From contig JAYPEY010000014.1 of assembly GCA_038126035.1 (NCBI GenBank), positions 13,486-55,101 on the forward strand: a DNA stretch of 41,616 nt. Direction: 5' to 3'. Source of the DNA: Verrucomicrobiales bacterium. GTDB lineage: Bacteria > Verrucomicrobiota > Verrucomicrobiia > Limisphaerales > JAYPEY01. Every line of letters starts with the position of its first letter. Positions within the stretch are counted from its first letter, which is position 1. The notes under the pieces were generated by a model that saw only the letters and a list, made by a program, of their open reading frames with translations, was not told the origin of the DNA and did no database searches. A program made the position numbers and the translations under genes. Of this stretch, positions 28,078 through 37,661 are shown one piece after another.

Positions 28078-28836
28078 ATGAGTGAAGAAAAGTCCAACAA
28101 ACCGGAAGGCGCGGCCAGCGCCGGAGGCGGCGCGACCGCTGAAGCCTACATCAACGAGCAGCTCATCAAGGCGCGCAAAGGCCTCAACACGACCCGCATC
28201 GCGATGTCGGTCGTCGCGCTGATCGTCCTGACCTACATGAGCTTCATCACGGTCCAGATCGGCAAGTTCACCGATCCGGAAATCGCCGCAGACCTCGCCA
28301 TGGGCTACGCCAAACCCCAGGTCGACAACTACACCTCCCAACTCCTCGAACAGGTCGACACCAAGATCCCCGAAATACTGGCCCCGCTGCCCGACAAGGT
28401 CCTGGAATCACTTCCGGATTACCGGCAGAACATCCAGACCAAAATCGTCGAATCGATGCGCACCTACGCGGGTCAGACCTCCAACGACATGGGCGAGCAA
28501 CTCGACGCCTATCTCGAGGCGCACGGCGATTCGATCGCCGATCTCCTCAAGACCGCCGACGACCCGCAGGCCGGCCAGGAATTCGCCAAGGCGATCTCCG
28601 AGCAGATCGTCGGCTACCTGGACCACAAGACCCCGGACGGGGAATCCCTGCGTGAAAAACTGGACCTCTCGCTGATTGCGCTGCAGGGCATCCAGGGCCA
28701 TGTCGCCTACCTCGCCAAGTCCGACACGCTGAACAAGCACGAGCAGAACCAACGGCGCGTCATCGCCATCCTCGTGCGCACGGTCGAGCAGGAAATCTCC
28801 CGGACCGCCGCCGGCCAGAATCTGCCCGGACTCTGA
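28078..28836 (+). CDS. Hypothetical membrane-anchored helical protein (apolipoprotein-like composition)
   Basis: One TM segment (IAMSVVALIVLTYMSFITV), then amphipathic helices punctuated by Pro; strong codon bias. Confidence 0.8.
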   Translation: MSEEKSNKPEGAASAGGGATAEAYINEQLIKARKGLNTTRIAMSVVALIVLTYMSFITVQIGKFTDPEIAADLAMGYAKPQVDNYTSQLLEQVDTKIPEILAPLPDKVLESLPDYRQNIQTKIVESMRTYAGQTSNDMGEQLDAYLEAHGDSIADLLKTADDPQAGQEFAKAISEQIVGYLDHKTPDGESLREKLDLSLIALQGIQGHVAYLAKSDTLNKHEQNQRRVIAILVRTVEQEISRTAAGQNLPGL

Positions 28837-28863
28837 TCGTCCGGACGTCAACCCGATCAACAC

Positions 28864-28894
28864 CGGCCGGACGGGCTCCCCGTCCGGCCGTTTT
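28864..28894 (+). terminator. Intrinsic terminator
   Basis: CGGCCGGACGGG-ctc-CCCGTCCGGCCG followed by TTTT. Confidence 0.75.
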
Positions 28895-28909
28895 CGTCCG
28901 CCCTGGATC

Positions 28910-30316
28910 ATGACAGAGCCCGCCAAAGCGCCTTACGACTTCGATATCGCCGTTATTGGCGGCGGCAGCGGAGGCTACGCCGCCGCGCGCACCGCCGTCG
29001 CGGAAGGATTGAAGGCCGTGGTCATCGAAGGCGGCGAGGAAGTGGGCGGCCTCTGCATTCTGCGAGGCTGCATGCCCACCAAGGCGCTGCTCTACGCCTC
29101 CGAGATCGCCCATCTCGCGCGCAACGCCGCCACCTGGGGCATCGATGTTCCCGAGGTGCGCATCGATCTCGCCAAGGCCATGGCCCGCAAGGACGAGATG
29201 ATCCGTGAGTTTGCCGACTATCGCCGCGGACAGTTGACCGACGGACGCTTCGAATTCATCCGCGACACGGCGTCATTCGAAGATGCGCACACACTCCGGC
29301 TCGCCGGCGGACGCCGCCTCACCGCCGCTCACATCGTCATCAGCACGGGCTCCCGCATTTCCCCGTCACCCCTCCCGGATCTCGATGTCGTCGGCTGTCT
29401 CACCAGCGACGAGGCCTTGCGGCTCACGACGCTTCCGGAATCGATCGTCGTGCTCGGCGGCGGCCCGATCGCGCTGGAATTCGCCCAGTTTTTCGCGCGG
29501 TTCGGCGTCGAGACCACCGTGATCCAACGCAGCCCACAGATCCTCAAGACATTCGACCCCGATGCCGCCAGGGCGCTGACCGAGGCGTTCGAACAGGAGG
29601 GGATCCGGGTGATCGCCGGAACGCGGCTGCTGTCCGCAAACCGGGAAAACGGACGGAAGATCATCCGTTTCGAGCACGAGGGTCGGGAAAAGGAGATCGC
29701 CGCAGAGGAGATCTTCAACGGCCTCGGACGATCGCCCAACACGGGGGCGTTGAACCTCGACGCCGTCGGGGTGGAACGGGAACGCTCCGGCCACATCAAG
29801 ACCTCCCCCGAGATGCGGACGACCGTCCCGCACATCTACGCGGCCGGCGATTGCGCGGGACCGCACGAGGTCGTGCATATTGCCATCCAGCAGGGCGAGA
29901 TCGCCGCTCACAACATCGTCCATCCCGACCGCTCCAGAAGCATTGATTACCGCGTCATCTCGAGCATCGTGTTCACCGATCCGCAGGTCGCCCAGGTCGG
30001 CTTGACCGAGAAGGAGGCGACCGCACAGGGCATCCCGTTCCTCGCGGACAGCTACCCCTTCGACGACCATGGCAAGTCGCTGATCATGGAAGCGCGCCAC
30101 GGCTTCGTGAAACTCATCGCCCACAGGGAGACCGGTAAGATCATCGGCGGCTCCTGCGTCGGCCCGATGGGCGGCGACCTCCTTCACGAGATCATCGTGG
30201 CCATGCAGGCGCAGATGACCGTCCATCAACTGGCCGAAACCCCGCACTACCACCCCACCCTGGCGGAAATCTGGACCTACCCCGCGGAAGAACTCGCGGA
30301 TCAGATTCCCCTGTAG
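28910..30316 (+). CDS. FAD-dependent pyridine nucleotide-disulfide oxidoreductase (dihydrolipoamide dehydrogenase-like)
   Basis: IGGGSGG, GGLCILRGCMPTK redox disulfide, LGGGPIALE, YAAGD, HYHPTLAE. Confidence 0.9.
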   Translation: MTEPAKAPYDFDIAVIGGGSGGYAAARTAVAEGLKAVVIEGGEEVGGLCILRGCMPTKALLYASEIAHLARNAATWGIDVPEVRIDLAKAMARKDEMIREFADYRRGQLTDGRFEFIRDTASFEDAHTLRLAGGRRLTAAHIVISTGSRISPSPLPDLDVVGCLTSDEALRLTTLPESIVVLGGGPIALEFAQFFARFGVETTVIQRSPQILKTFDPDAARALTEAFEQEGIRVIAGTRLLSANRENGRKIIRFEHEGREKEIAAEEIFNGLGRSPNTGALNLDAVGVERERSGHIKTSPEMRTTVPHIYAAGDCAGPHEVVHIAIQQGEIAAHNIVHPDRSRSIDYRVISSIVFTDPQVAQVGLTEKEATAQGIPFLADSYPFDDHGKSLIMEARHGFVKLIAHRETGKIIGGSCVGPMGGDLLHEIIVAMQAQMTVHQLAETPHYHPTLAEIWTYPAEELADQIPL

Positions 30317-30332
30317 ACCGCAACCATCCAGC

Positions 30333-31463
30333 ATGAAGACCAAAGCCGCCGTTCTCTACGAAATGGAGAAACCCAAGCCCTACGCCGAGTCAAAGCCGCT
30401 CGTCATCGAGGAACTCGATCTCGAAGGTCCCGGCCCGGGCGAGGTCCTGGTCGAGATCGGCGGGGCCGGTCTTTGCCACTCCGACCTGTCGGTCATCAAC
30501 GGTTCCCGACCGCGCGTCATGCCCATGGCGTTGGGACACGAGGCGGCGGGGACAGTGCGCGAAGTCGGGGCCGGGGTGACCGGTCTCCAACCGGGCGACC
30601 ATGTCGTCTTCTCCTTCGTCCCCGTCTGCGGTCACTGCCAGCCCTGTCAGGCCGGACGCGCAGCCCTCTGCGAACCGGGCTTTGAAGCCAATGTCGCCGG
30701 CACGCTGCTCAACGGAGCCCGTCGATTCCACAACCCCGCCGGCGAACCGATCAACCACCACCAGAGCGTGTCCGGCTATTCGCAGTTCACCGTCACGATG
30801 CCTGAGTCATTGGTGAAGATCGACCCGGAGGTCCCGCTGGAAACGGCCGTCCTGTTCGGCTGCGCCATCATGACCGGCGTGGGCGCCGTGGTGAACACCG
30901 CCCGTGTGCAGCCGGGATCCTCCGTCGTCGTGTTCGGCATGGGAGGCGTCGGACTCAGCGCGGTCATGGGCGCTCGCGCCGCGGGAGCCGGCCCGATCGT
31001 CGCCGTCGACAGGCTGGAGTCCAAATTCGATCTGGCCCGCCAATGCGGCGCCACCCACACCGTGGACGCCTCCCGGGACGACGCCGTCGAGGCCGTCCGT
31101 GAAATCACCGGAGGCGGCGCCGAATTCGCCTTCGAGGTGGTCGGCAGCGAGAAGGTCCTGGCGCAGGCCTACGCCTCAACCGCTCGCGGCGGCACGACCG
31201 TCAGTGTCGGACTCCCTCATCCCGAACGAAAACTGGAGATCCAGGCCGTGTCCCTCACCGCCGAGGAACGCGTGCTTCGCGGCTCCTACATGGGCTCCTG
31301 CGTGCCCAGCCGCGATGTGCCGCGCTTCATCTCGATGTACCGGGCCGGCCTCCTGCCCGTCGATCTCCTGAAGAGCCGCTTCCTCGGGCTGGAGGACATC
31401 AATGAAGGTTTCGACCGTCTCGACCGCGGCGAGGTCGTGCGGCAGGTGATCCGTTTCGACTGA
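30333..31463 (+). CDS. Zinc-dependent alcohol dehydrogenase (MDR family)
   Basis: GLCHSD, GHEAAG, CGHCQPC...C, GCAIMTG, GMGGVG. Confidence 0.92.
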   Translation: MKTKAAVLYEMEKPKPYAESKPLVIEELDLEGPGPGEVLVEIGGAGLCHSDLSVINGSRPRVMPMALGHEAAGTVREVGAGVTGLQPGDHVVFSFVPVCGHCQPCQAGRAALCEPGFEANVAGTLLNGARRFHNPAGEPINHHQSVSGYSQFTVTMPESLVKIDPEVPLETAVLFGCAIMTGVGAVVNTARVQPGSSVVVFGMGGVGLSAVMGARAAGAGPIVAVDRLESKFDLARQCGATHTVDASRDDAVEAVREITGGGAEFAFEVVGSEKVLAQAYASTARGGTTVSVGLPHPERKLEIQAVSLTAEERVLRGSYMGSCVPSRDVPRFISMYRAGLLPVDLLKSRFLGLEDINEGFDRLDRGEVVRQVIRFD

Positions 31464-31467
31464 ACGG

Positions 31468-32715
31468 TCATTCCCCGCCCGGCAGCAAGGCGCTGGGAAT
31501 CTTCGCCCCCATGCGCAGGCGCAGGAAAAACAGGCCCATGCCTGCGAGTCCGATCATCAGGTTGGGTGTATGAGCGTCTCCGGCAAAGCCGCAGGGCCAG
31601 GCCAACCGGTTCTCACCGAACCGTTCCCAACCAGCCAGCCCCGCCTCCCGGGCCAGATCCCTCAGCTCCGGACGTCCCAAGAGTCGATCAGCCGACAGCA
31701 GCAGGTCCGCATTGCCTCCCGCGCCATGGCAGAGGGAGAAATTGCCCGTGCGATGCTGGTTGAATTCGCTGACCGACGACGCTGTCGTTTCCAGCGCAGC
31801 ATCCGCCTCACGCGCCGCCTCAATGTCAGACAACGCGCCCGCGGCAACGATCAGCGACAACGCAATTCCCGGGGCCCCGTGACACCAGGCCCGCATGAAC
31901 TTCAAGCCCTCGGAAGCGGGCGTCACATCCACAGCGGCTTCCCGAAGATCAGGCCAGTTCCTCACATCATCCCGATACCAATGCCGCTCGTAGCGCATGG
32001 CTTCAATGGCCGCCTGGCGAAACCGGACCTCCGCCGTCGTCGCAAACAAGCGGGAAAACGCGAGCGTAAAACCGGCGGCGCCGTGCGCCAACCCGGTCAG
32101 TTCCGGCCCGGAACCTGAAACCGTACGCCAACTCCAACCGTGTTCCGATCGATCCGCCAGCCCGATCAATTCATCACCCAGCTTAACGGCCCATTCGATC
32201 AGCGCGCCATCATCCAGGCTCCCCCCCATTGTCAGCAGCGCCGGAATCGCTCCCGCTCCGCCCGCAATGACATCAGGATTCTTCGCCGGCGCGCCGTTCC
32301 CGCGCGTGTCCCTGAGCAACCTGCGGGCCCCTTCGATGAACTCCCCCTCCGCCAGCGCCTCGCCCGCGCGCGCCAAAGCCCACCCGACGCCGACGGCGCC
32401 CGAATAGAATCCCGCCGCCAATTGCGGCGCCCTCGTCACTTGAAACAAGGATTGTCGCAGGGCCGCCGTCGCTGTCTTCCTGTGAACGGCCTCGCCGGTG
32501 ACCTTTGCCAGTTCAGCAAGAAACCAGGCCACCCCCGCGTTCCCCGAATACAGCCCCGCATCCAACGAAACGGTGTCGAAGCGCCGCCTGGCTCCCGCCC
32601 CGCCAGCCTGACGATCGCCCAACCACGCGCACCGACCGTCGTGACGGATCGCGTCGGCGCAGATGCGCGAACCGATCTCGTCAGCCGCCGCCAGAAACAG
32701 GTCATCGTCCGTCAT
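31468..32715 (-). CDS. Stand-alone LanC-like lanthionine cyclase
   Basis: Repeated GxxG motifs (LYSGNAG, FYSGAVG, VIAGGAG), GLAHG (catalytic His), NWPDLR, AWCHG and LCHG (zinc ligands), LMIGLAG; ATG at 32715 overlaps the upstream stop (ATGA). Confidence 0.88.
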   Translation of the reverse strand: MTDDDLFLAAADEIGSRICADAIRHDGRCAWLGDRQAGGAGARRRFDTVSLDAGLYSGNAGVAWFLAELAKVTGEAVHRKTATAALRQSLFQVTRAPQLAAGFYSGAVGVGWALARAGEALAEGEFIEGARRLLRDTRGNGAPAKNPDVIAGGAGAIPALLTMGGSLDDGALIEWAVKLGDELIGLADRSEHGWSWRTVSGSGPELTGLAHGAAGFTLAFSRLFATTAEVRFRQAAIEAMRYERHWYRDDVRNWPDLREAAVDVTPASEGLKFMRAWCHGAPGIALSLIVAAGALSDIEAAREADAALETTASSVSEFNQHRTGNFSLCHGAGGNADLLLSADRLLGRPELRDLAREAGLAGWERFGENRLAWPCGFAGDAHTPNLMIGLAGMGLFFLRLRMGAKIPSALLPGGE

Positions 32716-33737
32716 AACGTCAATTCCCCCAATCCATGCGGATCCCGACCGCCTCGATTCAACCACGGTTCATCCAGCGAAATGCCCCGCTTCTCAAATC
32801 GCGCCTCAATCGCCGCCAACCCGCCCCCAGAAGCCCCGCCCTCTTCAAAGGCATCGATCAAGCCGTCCGCCACGATGCCGCAGCGATCCATTCCAAAACT
32901 CTCGCCGCCTTCCGGGTTCTCCGCCGCCCCGACTCCGCGAGCAATCCGGCGCGTGAACAGCGGCGTCGCGTCGTCCAGATCGTCCGCCACCCCGGTCACG
33001 ATCTCCGGCAACAACTCCCGCAACAACCCGATCCTCCGACCGCCCACATACAGGACCCCGGAATCGCGCCGGATGTAATGCCGTTTCTTCGCCGGACACT
33101 TGAACTGATACGGAATGCGCCATCGGTTGAGAACCCGCCCCAGGATCCCGACCAGTCGAACCGCCCCCTCCCAACGAAGGTTCCAGTAGATCCTGATCTG
33201 CGTCGCCCGTTCCACATCGTCCGCCGCCGCCTCCCCGAAAAAGAAATGAAATCCCGGCTGCGCCGCGGTCGATTCGGACAGTGTCAACGCGCGAACGATA
33301 TCGCCGGCGCCGGGCGCATGCGGCTTGGCGTCGTGGACGTACTGCCCGGGAGACCATGTCCGCGCCCGGGAGTCCTTCACCGTCGTCAACCGACCATCGG
33401 GCAGTCTGGCGATCGTCTTCCAGCCCTCATCCCAGGACGTCCGCCCCGGATTCGCCGCGCTCAGCAGACTGGACACGTCGTCCCCGGACTTCGCCCCCTC
33501 CCCATCCACCTGTGGAAGCGGGTCCGCCCCAGCCCCGGTGTAGAACCCGCTGTAGAGGGAGTTCCTAAGCCGGGTCCTCAACGCGTCGCCACCCAACTGC
33601 GCGGTGCGCCCGGTCGGCGGAGGCTGATCGCGCACGTCCACGCTTCGCCCATGCAATTGAAATTCATGCCGGGAGACGATCTCCGTCGCCCCGGCAATCT
33701 CCCGCAGGCTCTCCCTGACGTCGTCGGAGGCGCTCAT
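32712..33737 (-). CDS. HopA1-family protein (LanY-like phospho-Ser/Thr lyase)
   Basis: RIYWNL, PYQFKC, RRDSGVLYV, TPLFTRRIARGVGAAENP, ESFGMDRC; ATG at 33737 overlaps the kinase stop (ATGA). Confidence 0.82.
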   Translation of the reverse strand: MSASDDVRESLREIAGATEIVSRHEFQLHGRSVDVRDQPPPTGRTAQLGGDALRTRLRNSLYSGFYTGAGADPLPQVDGEGAKSGDDVSSLLSAANPGRTSWDEGWKTIARLPDGRLTTVKDSRARTWSPGQYVHDAKPHAPGAGDIVRALTLSESTAAQPGFHFFFGEAAADDVERATQIRIYWNLRWEGAVRLVGILGRVLNRWRIPYQFKCPAKKRHYIRRDSGVLYVGGRRIGLLRELLPEIVTGVADDLDDATPLFTRRIARGVGAAENPEGGESFGMDRCGIVADGLIDAFEEGGASGGGLAAIEARFEKRGISLDEPWLNRGGRDPHGLGELTL

Positions 33738-34829
33738 CCTCGTTCCCCCAGCAATTGCGCCGCCGATTCGGCGGGCTTGGACATCAGGTTCACACCCGCC
33801 TGGACCTGGCGGACCGCGTGCCAGGTCAGGCGCGCGCGTCCGCGCGCCCATTCGTAGGCCGTCTGCACCAGTCGGGCGCCCGCAAACCGCAGCGCCTTTT
33901 CGAACGCCACGGAGTCTTCGCTCTCATTCCAGCAATTCGCTTTCGCGTAAGCAGCCCAGAAGGCCCCGATCGCGGAACGCATGGAATCCATGGGCAATTC
34001 CGATGATCGCACCGCTTCGGCCAGGGATTCCTCCGCGCCCGTCGGTTTTACCGAGTGGAGCCACTGGTTGAACCAGGATTGCATCACCCCGCCGACATCC
34101 CAGAGCGCGTCCCCAAAATCGGCAAACTCCCAATCGACAATGGCGACCGGATTATCCGACGCCTTCCCCGGACGCCGCAGGCAGTTCTCCAGTTTCATGT
34201 CGCCATGAATCAGCGCATTGGCGGTCCATTCCCCCGCGATCTTCGCGGTCTCCTCCAAGACCTCCGGATACTCACGAACAATGCCGGCCACCGATGCCTG
34301 TCCCCCGGTGGGGGCGCCATACTTCAACTGCCGCTCCGGCCAGTTGGCGTGCAGGATCCAGGGCATGGCCGACGGAAAGACCGTGTTCGCCGCCAATCGG
34401 TCCTTCCGCGCGGCGCCCGACCCGGCCAGCGCGCCCAATGCCCCCCCCCAGCGAGGCGGCGTATTCCACGTCGAATTCCCTGCGGGCGGCTTGGGAGCGC
34501 AGCAGGTTGTCACCGGGAATCAACTCCATGACCAAGGTCCGCACGGCCTTGTCATGCAACCGCAACTCCGAAAGGATTGTGCGCAATTCCGGCCAATCGC
34601 CGGCCATTTGAAAACAGGCCGCCTCCCGCTCCGAATGACGCCCGCCAGCGCTCACGCCCAAGCCGGCCTGCTTGACGAAACAGCCGTTCCCCTCTCCGTG
34701 CGCCGCCACAAAACTGCGGTTACGACCGGAGCGATCCCGTATTTCCAGACGCCCGTCCAACGGCGCCGTCGCATCGATCAGACCGCGCGCCACCAGGAAA
34801 TCGTAAAGGTTGTGTCGCGTCAGAATCAT
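33734..34829 (-). pseudogene. APH-type phosphotransferase (LanK-like kinase) with a +1 frameshift in a G9 run (C9 at 34441-34449 on the + strand)
   Basis: N-half (ORF 34272..34829): SGRNRSF, CFVKQ, LVMELIPG; C-half (ORF 33734..34513): IHGDMKLENCL, IVDWEFADFGDALWDVG. G8 instead of G9 gives one 364-aa ORF. Confidence 0.82.
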
Positions 34830-34878
34830 CCGGAATGCCCTGTCCCCGCCATCAGCCCAGCCAGGCGGGACAAACCGC

Positions 34879-36456
34879 CTACTTCACCCCGCACATCAGC
34901 TTCCTGATCGGCTTGGCGAAGATCAGCAGCAGGACCCCGGTCACGATCGCCGTCACCACAATCTGCAGGAACAACGCCGGCAGGACCTCCATGTTGAAGG
35001 TCCTCATGCACCACCCCAGCAGAAACCCCGGCTCGCCGCCCTCCTCTTCCAAACTGAAATCACCGGCGATCAATCCGGCAATCAGGTTGCCGAGCGACGC
35101 CGCCAGGAACCAGGTCCCCATCATCTGCCCGACAAACCGCTTCGGCGCCAGCTTCGTCACCGAACTCAATCCCACCGGACTCAGACAGAGCTCCCCCATC
35201 GTGTGCAGCAGATAGGTCAGGATCAGCCAGAAGGGCGCGACGCTGTTTCCGGCGGTCGCGATCTTCGCCGCCGCCACCATCAGCAGGAATCCCGCAGCCA
35301 GCAGGATCAGGCCGATCGCAAACTTCACCGGCATCGACGGCTCCAACATCCGCTTCGCCAGACTCACCCACACCCAGGCGAAATACGGCGCCAGCACAAC
35401 TATGAAAAACGGGTTCAACGACTGGAACCAACTCGCGGGAATCTCAAAACTGATGAAACCCAGCATCCGGTCAGTATGATCCTTGGCAAACAGGTTCAAC
35501 GAAGAGCCCGCCTGCTCAAAACCGGCCCAGAACATGGCCGCCGCCAGGAACAGGACCACGATCACCATCGTTCGCTTCGTTTCGGTCTCGTCCAATTTGC
35601 CGAACATGAAGACGGAGCCGAAGAACAATACGGCCATGCCGACGATGATGTAGGTCGTGTTCGCCGCCAGATCGATCGGGTGGTAATCCACCGCTCCTGC
35701 AAGTCCCAGGATCACGGCGACCGCCACCGCGGCCAACCCGCCTGCAACCCAATACCAACCGGGATCGATCCCCTTGGCATCCGATCGATGCGCCGGATCG
35801 CGCCCGGCCGCGCCCATGTCCTTCAAGGTCATCCCGTATTGGATGACGCCAAACAGCATTCCGATGCCCGCGGCGCCAAAACCCAGGTGCCAGTTGACCT
35901 CCTCGCCCAGATAACCGCACACCAGCGGGCCGATGAAGGCGCCGATGTTGATGCCCATGTAGTAGACCGTGAACCCCGCGTCCCTCCGCGCCCCGCCCTC
36001 CGGATACAGTTCCCCGACGAGGGCGCTGATGTTCGGCTTCAGAAACCCGGTTCCGATCACCACCAGGACAAGCCCGACAAAGAACGCCGCCGTCCCGGGC
36101 AGGGCCAACGTGAAATGTCCCGCCGTGATGACGATGCCGCCGACCAGGACGGCCCGTTGCGCGCCCAGCAGGCGATCCGCAATCCAGCCGCCAGGCAGCG
36201 ACACCAGATACACGAACGCGGTGTAGAGCCCATAGACCGCCCCCGCGGTCTTCCCGTCCATGGCCATGCCGCCCTTCTCCACCTCGGCGACCATGAACAA
36301 CACCAGCAGCGCGCGCATGCCGTAGTAGCTCGCGCGCTCCCACATCTCCGTGAAAAACAACGTGGAGAGCCCCGCCGGATGGCCGGTCACCCGCTCCCAT
36401 GCGCGCCCCACGGCCGTGGACGCGGTCGAACCCGCTCTCGTTTCTGAATCGGACAT
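34879..36456 (-). CDS. POT/PTR-family proton-dependent oligopeptide transporter
   Basis: GHPAGL..LFFTEMWERASYYGMRA (ExxER), GGWIADRLLG, GFLKPNIS, FTVYYMGINIG, GELCLSPVGLS. Confidence 0.93.
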   Translation of the reverse strand: MSDSETRAGSTASTAVGRAWERVTGHPAGLSTLFFTEMWERASYYGMRALLVLFMVAEVEKGGMAMDGKTAGAVYGLYTAFVYLVSLPGGWIADRLLGAQRAVLVGGIVITAGHFTLALPGTAAFFVGLVLVVIGTGFLKPNISALVGELYPEGGARRDAGFTVYYMGINIGAFIGPLVCGYLGEEVNWHLGFGAAGIGMLFGVIQYGMTLKDMGAAGRDPAHRSDAKGIDPGWYWVAGGLAAVAVAVILGLAGAVDYHPIDLAANTTYIIVGMAVLFFGSVFMFGKLDETETKRTMVIVVLFLAAAMFWAGFEQAGSSLNLFAKDHTDRMLGFISFEIPASWFQSLNPFFIVVLAPYFAWVWVSLAKRMLEPSMPVKFAIGLILLAAGFLLMVAAAKIATAGNSVAPFWLILTYLLHTMGELCLSPVGLSSVTKLAPKRFVGQMMGTWFLAASLGNLIAGLIAGDFSLEEEGGEPGFLLGWCMRTFNMEVLPALFLQIVVTAIVTGVLLLIFAKPIRKLMCGVK

Positions 36457-36579
36457 GCGCAGGGTTTACCCGCGAAGCGACCGGTTGAAAAGGATCGATG
36501 CGTCCCCTCGCACCGGAAAACAAAACCCGGAGTCGGGGCTTTCATCCGCGGGTCGGCATTGCCAGCCGCGGCGAACAAG

Positions 36580-37491
36580 TCATTCACCTCCTGCGGCCGG
36601 ATGAGACGCTGGCGGACACGAGCCGCCCAGCCGCCCATGGACCACCCATTGCCGTCGGCGGAATCGCGGAAAGTGCCGCAACTTGGCCAGCCTCCCCAGC
36701 TTCGGTTCATCCTCGTCCAGATGCATCCATTCCTTCAGTATCTCAATGCCGTCGCCCCAGGCCGCAATCTCCCGCGCATCGGCCACGCCCGAGCAAAACA
36801 TCGCCCCGGGTCCGAAGCACAACTCCGCCATGAGCTTCCTCTCCACCTCTCCGCGCCGCAGCGGATCAAGCCAGAATGAATTGAACACCTCGCACACAAG
36901 CTCCGCCCCCGGAAAACGTCGACACATCTCCCCCGCCAGGGCCTCCACTTCATGGTTCTCAAGATACATGAAAAGCCCCTCCGCCAGAAAAAGGACCGGG
37001 CCATCCCCGCTCAGGGCAGGCGCATCCATCCAGCCGAAGTCCATCACATTGCCCGCGACGGCGGCCGCTCCCGCATCGCCCCCCGGCAGGCCGCGCCGCA
37101 ACCCGATGATCTCCGGCGTGTCCAGATCGAAGAATCGTCCACCGGAGCCCTGCAGCCGATCAAACCGCGTATCGAAACCGCAGCCCAACGTGGCCACTGT
37201 CCCGCCGGGATGTCGCCCCAGAAAACCCTGCGTCAACCGGTCGAACTCCCGGGCGCGCAGGGCCACATAGACCTGCGTTTCGGGATGTGTGCTCAACCTC
37301 GCAGCGCGCTCATGCAGATCGATTCCGGACGTCTGGAGCCGCGGTTTGAGGCGGGCCAACCAATCGACCGCCAGCGGATCCCGCAGAATCGGAGCCGCCG
37401 ACCGCGTCTCCGCAACGCGGCACGCCAGCGTCATCAGCGCCGTAGCCGGCACATCGCCAAGGGTCAGGTTGTCGGTCGCCAGATCGTTCAT
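36580..37491 (-). CDS. Class I SAM-dependent methyltransferase (LCM/TcmP-like O-methyltransferase family)
   Basis: VPATALMTL..R, LRDPLA, RAREFD, LGCGFDTRF, DLDTPEII, LAEGLFMYL; start at the MNDLAT ATG. Confidence 0.85.
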   Translation of the reverse strand: MNDLATDNLTLGDVPATALMTLACRVAETRSAAPILRDPLAVDWLARLKPRLQTSGIDLHERAARLSTHPETQVYVALRAREFDRLTQGFLGRHPGGTVATLGCGFDTRFDRLQGSGGRFFDLDTPEIIGLRRGLPGGDAGAAAVAGNVMDFGWMDAPALSGDGPVLFLAEGLFMYLENHEVEALAGEMCRRFPGAELVCEVFNSFWLDPLRRGEVERKLMAELCFGPGAMFCSGVADAREIAAWGDGIEILKEWMHLDEDEPKLGRLAKLRHFPRFRRRQWVVHGRLGGSCPPASHPAAGGE

Positions 37492-37661
37492 TGTTGTGGT
37501 TTCGAGCCCTGCGTCCCACCCGGGAGCGCCGGGAATCTGCCTGCTTGCGCGGCGCATTTCAATCCGCGACACGAATTTCAGGTTTCCCCAAACCGGCATC
37601 GGATGTAGATTGGCCCCCGTCGCGAGGTCGGGACCGGTCGGCGCCGCGCCAGGAAAGATTC

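Noticed and set aside
28910-30316. Mercuric reductase MerA
   Set aside because: No C-terminal Cys-Cys pair, no N-terminal metal-binding domain, no mer genes; it has the HxHPT motif instead
32712-33737. HopA1 as a type III secretion effector
   Set aside because: No T3SS or chaperone genes nearby; coupling to an APH kinase and LanC points to a lyase role
36387-36545. Small minus-strand ORF MKAPTPGFVFRCEGTHRSFSTGRFAGKPCACP... as a lanthipeptide precursor
   Set aside because: Overlaps the POT start out of frame, has no acidic leader or Ser/Thr-rich core, is Arg/Pro-rich and spans a terminator-like hairpin
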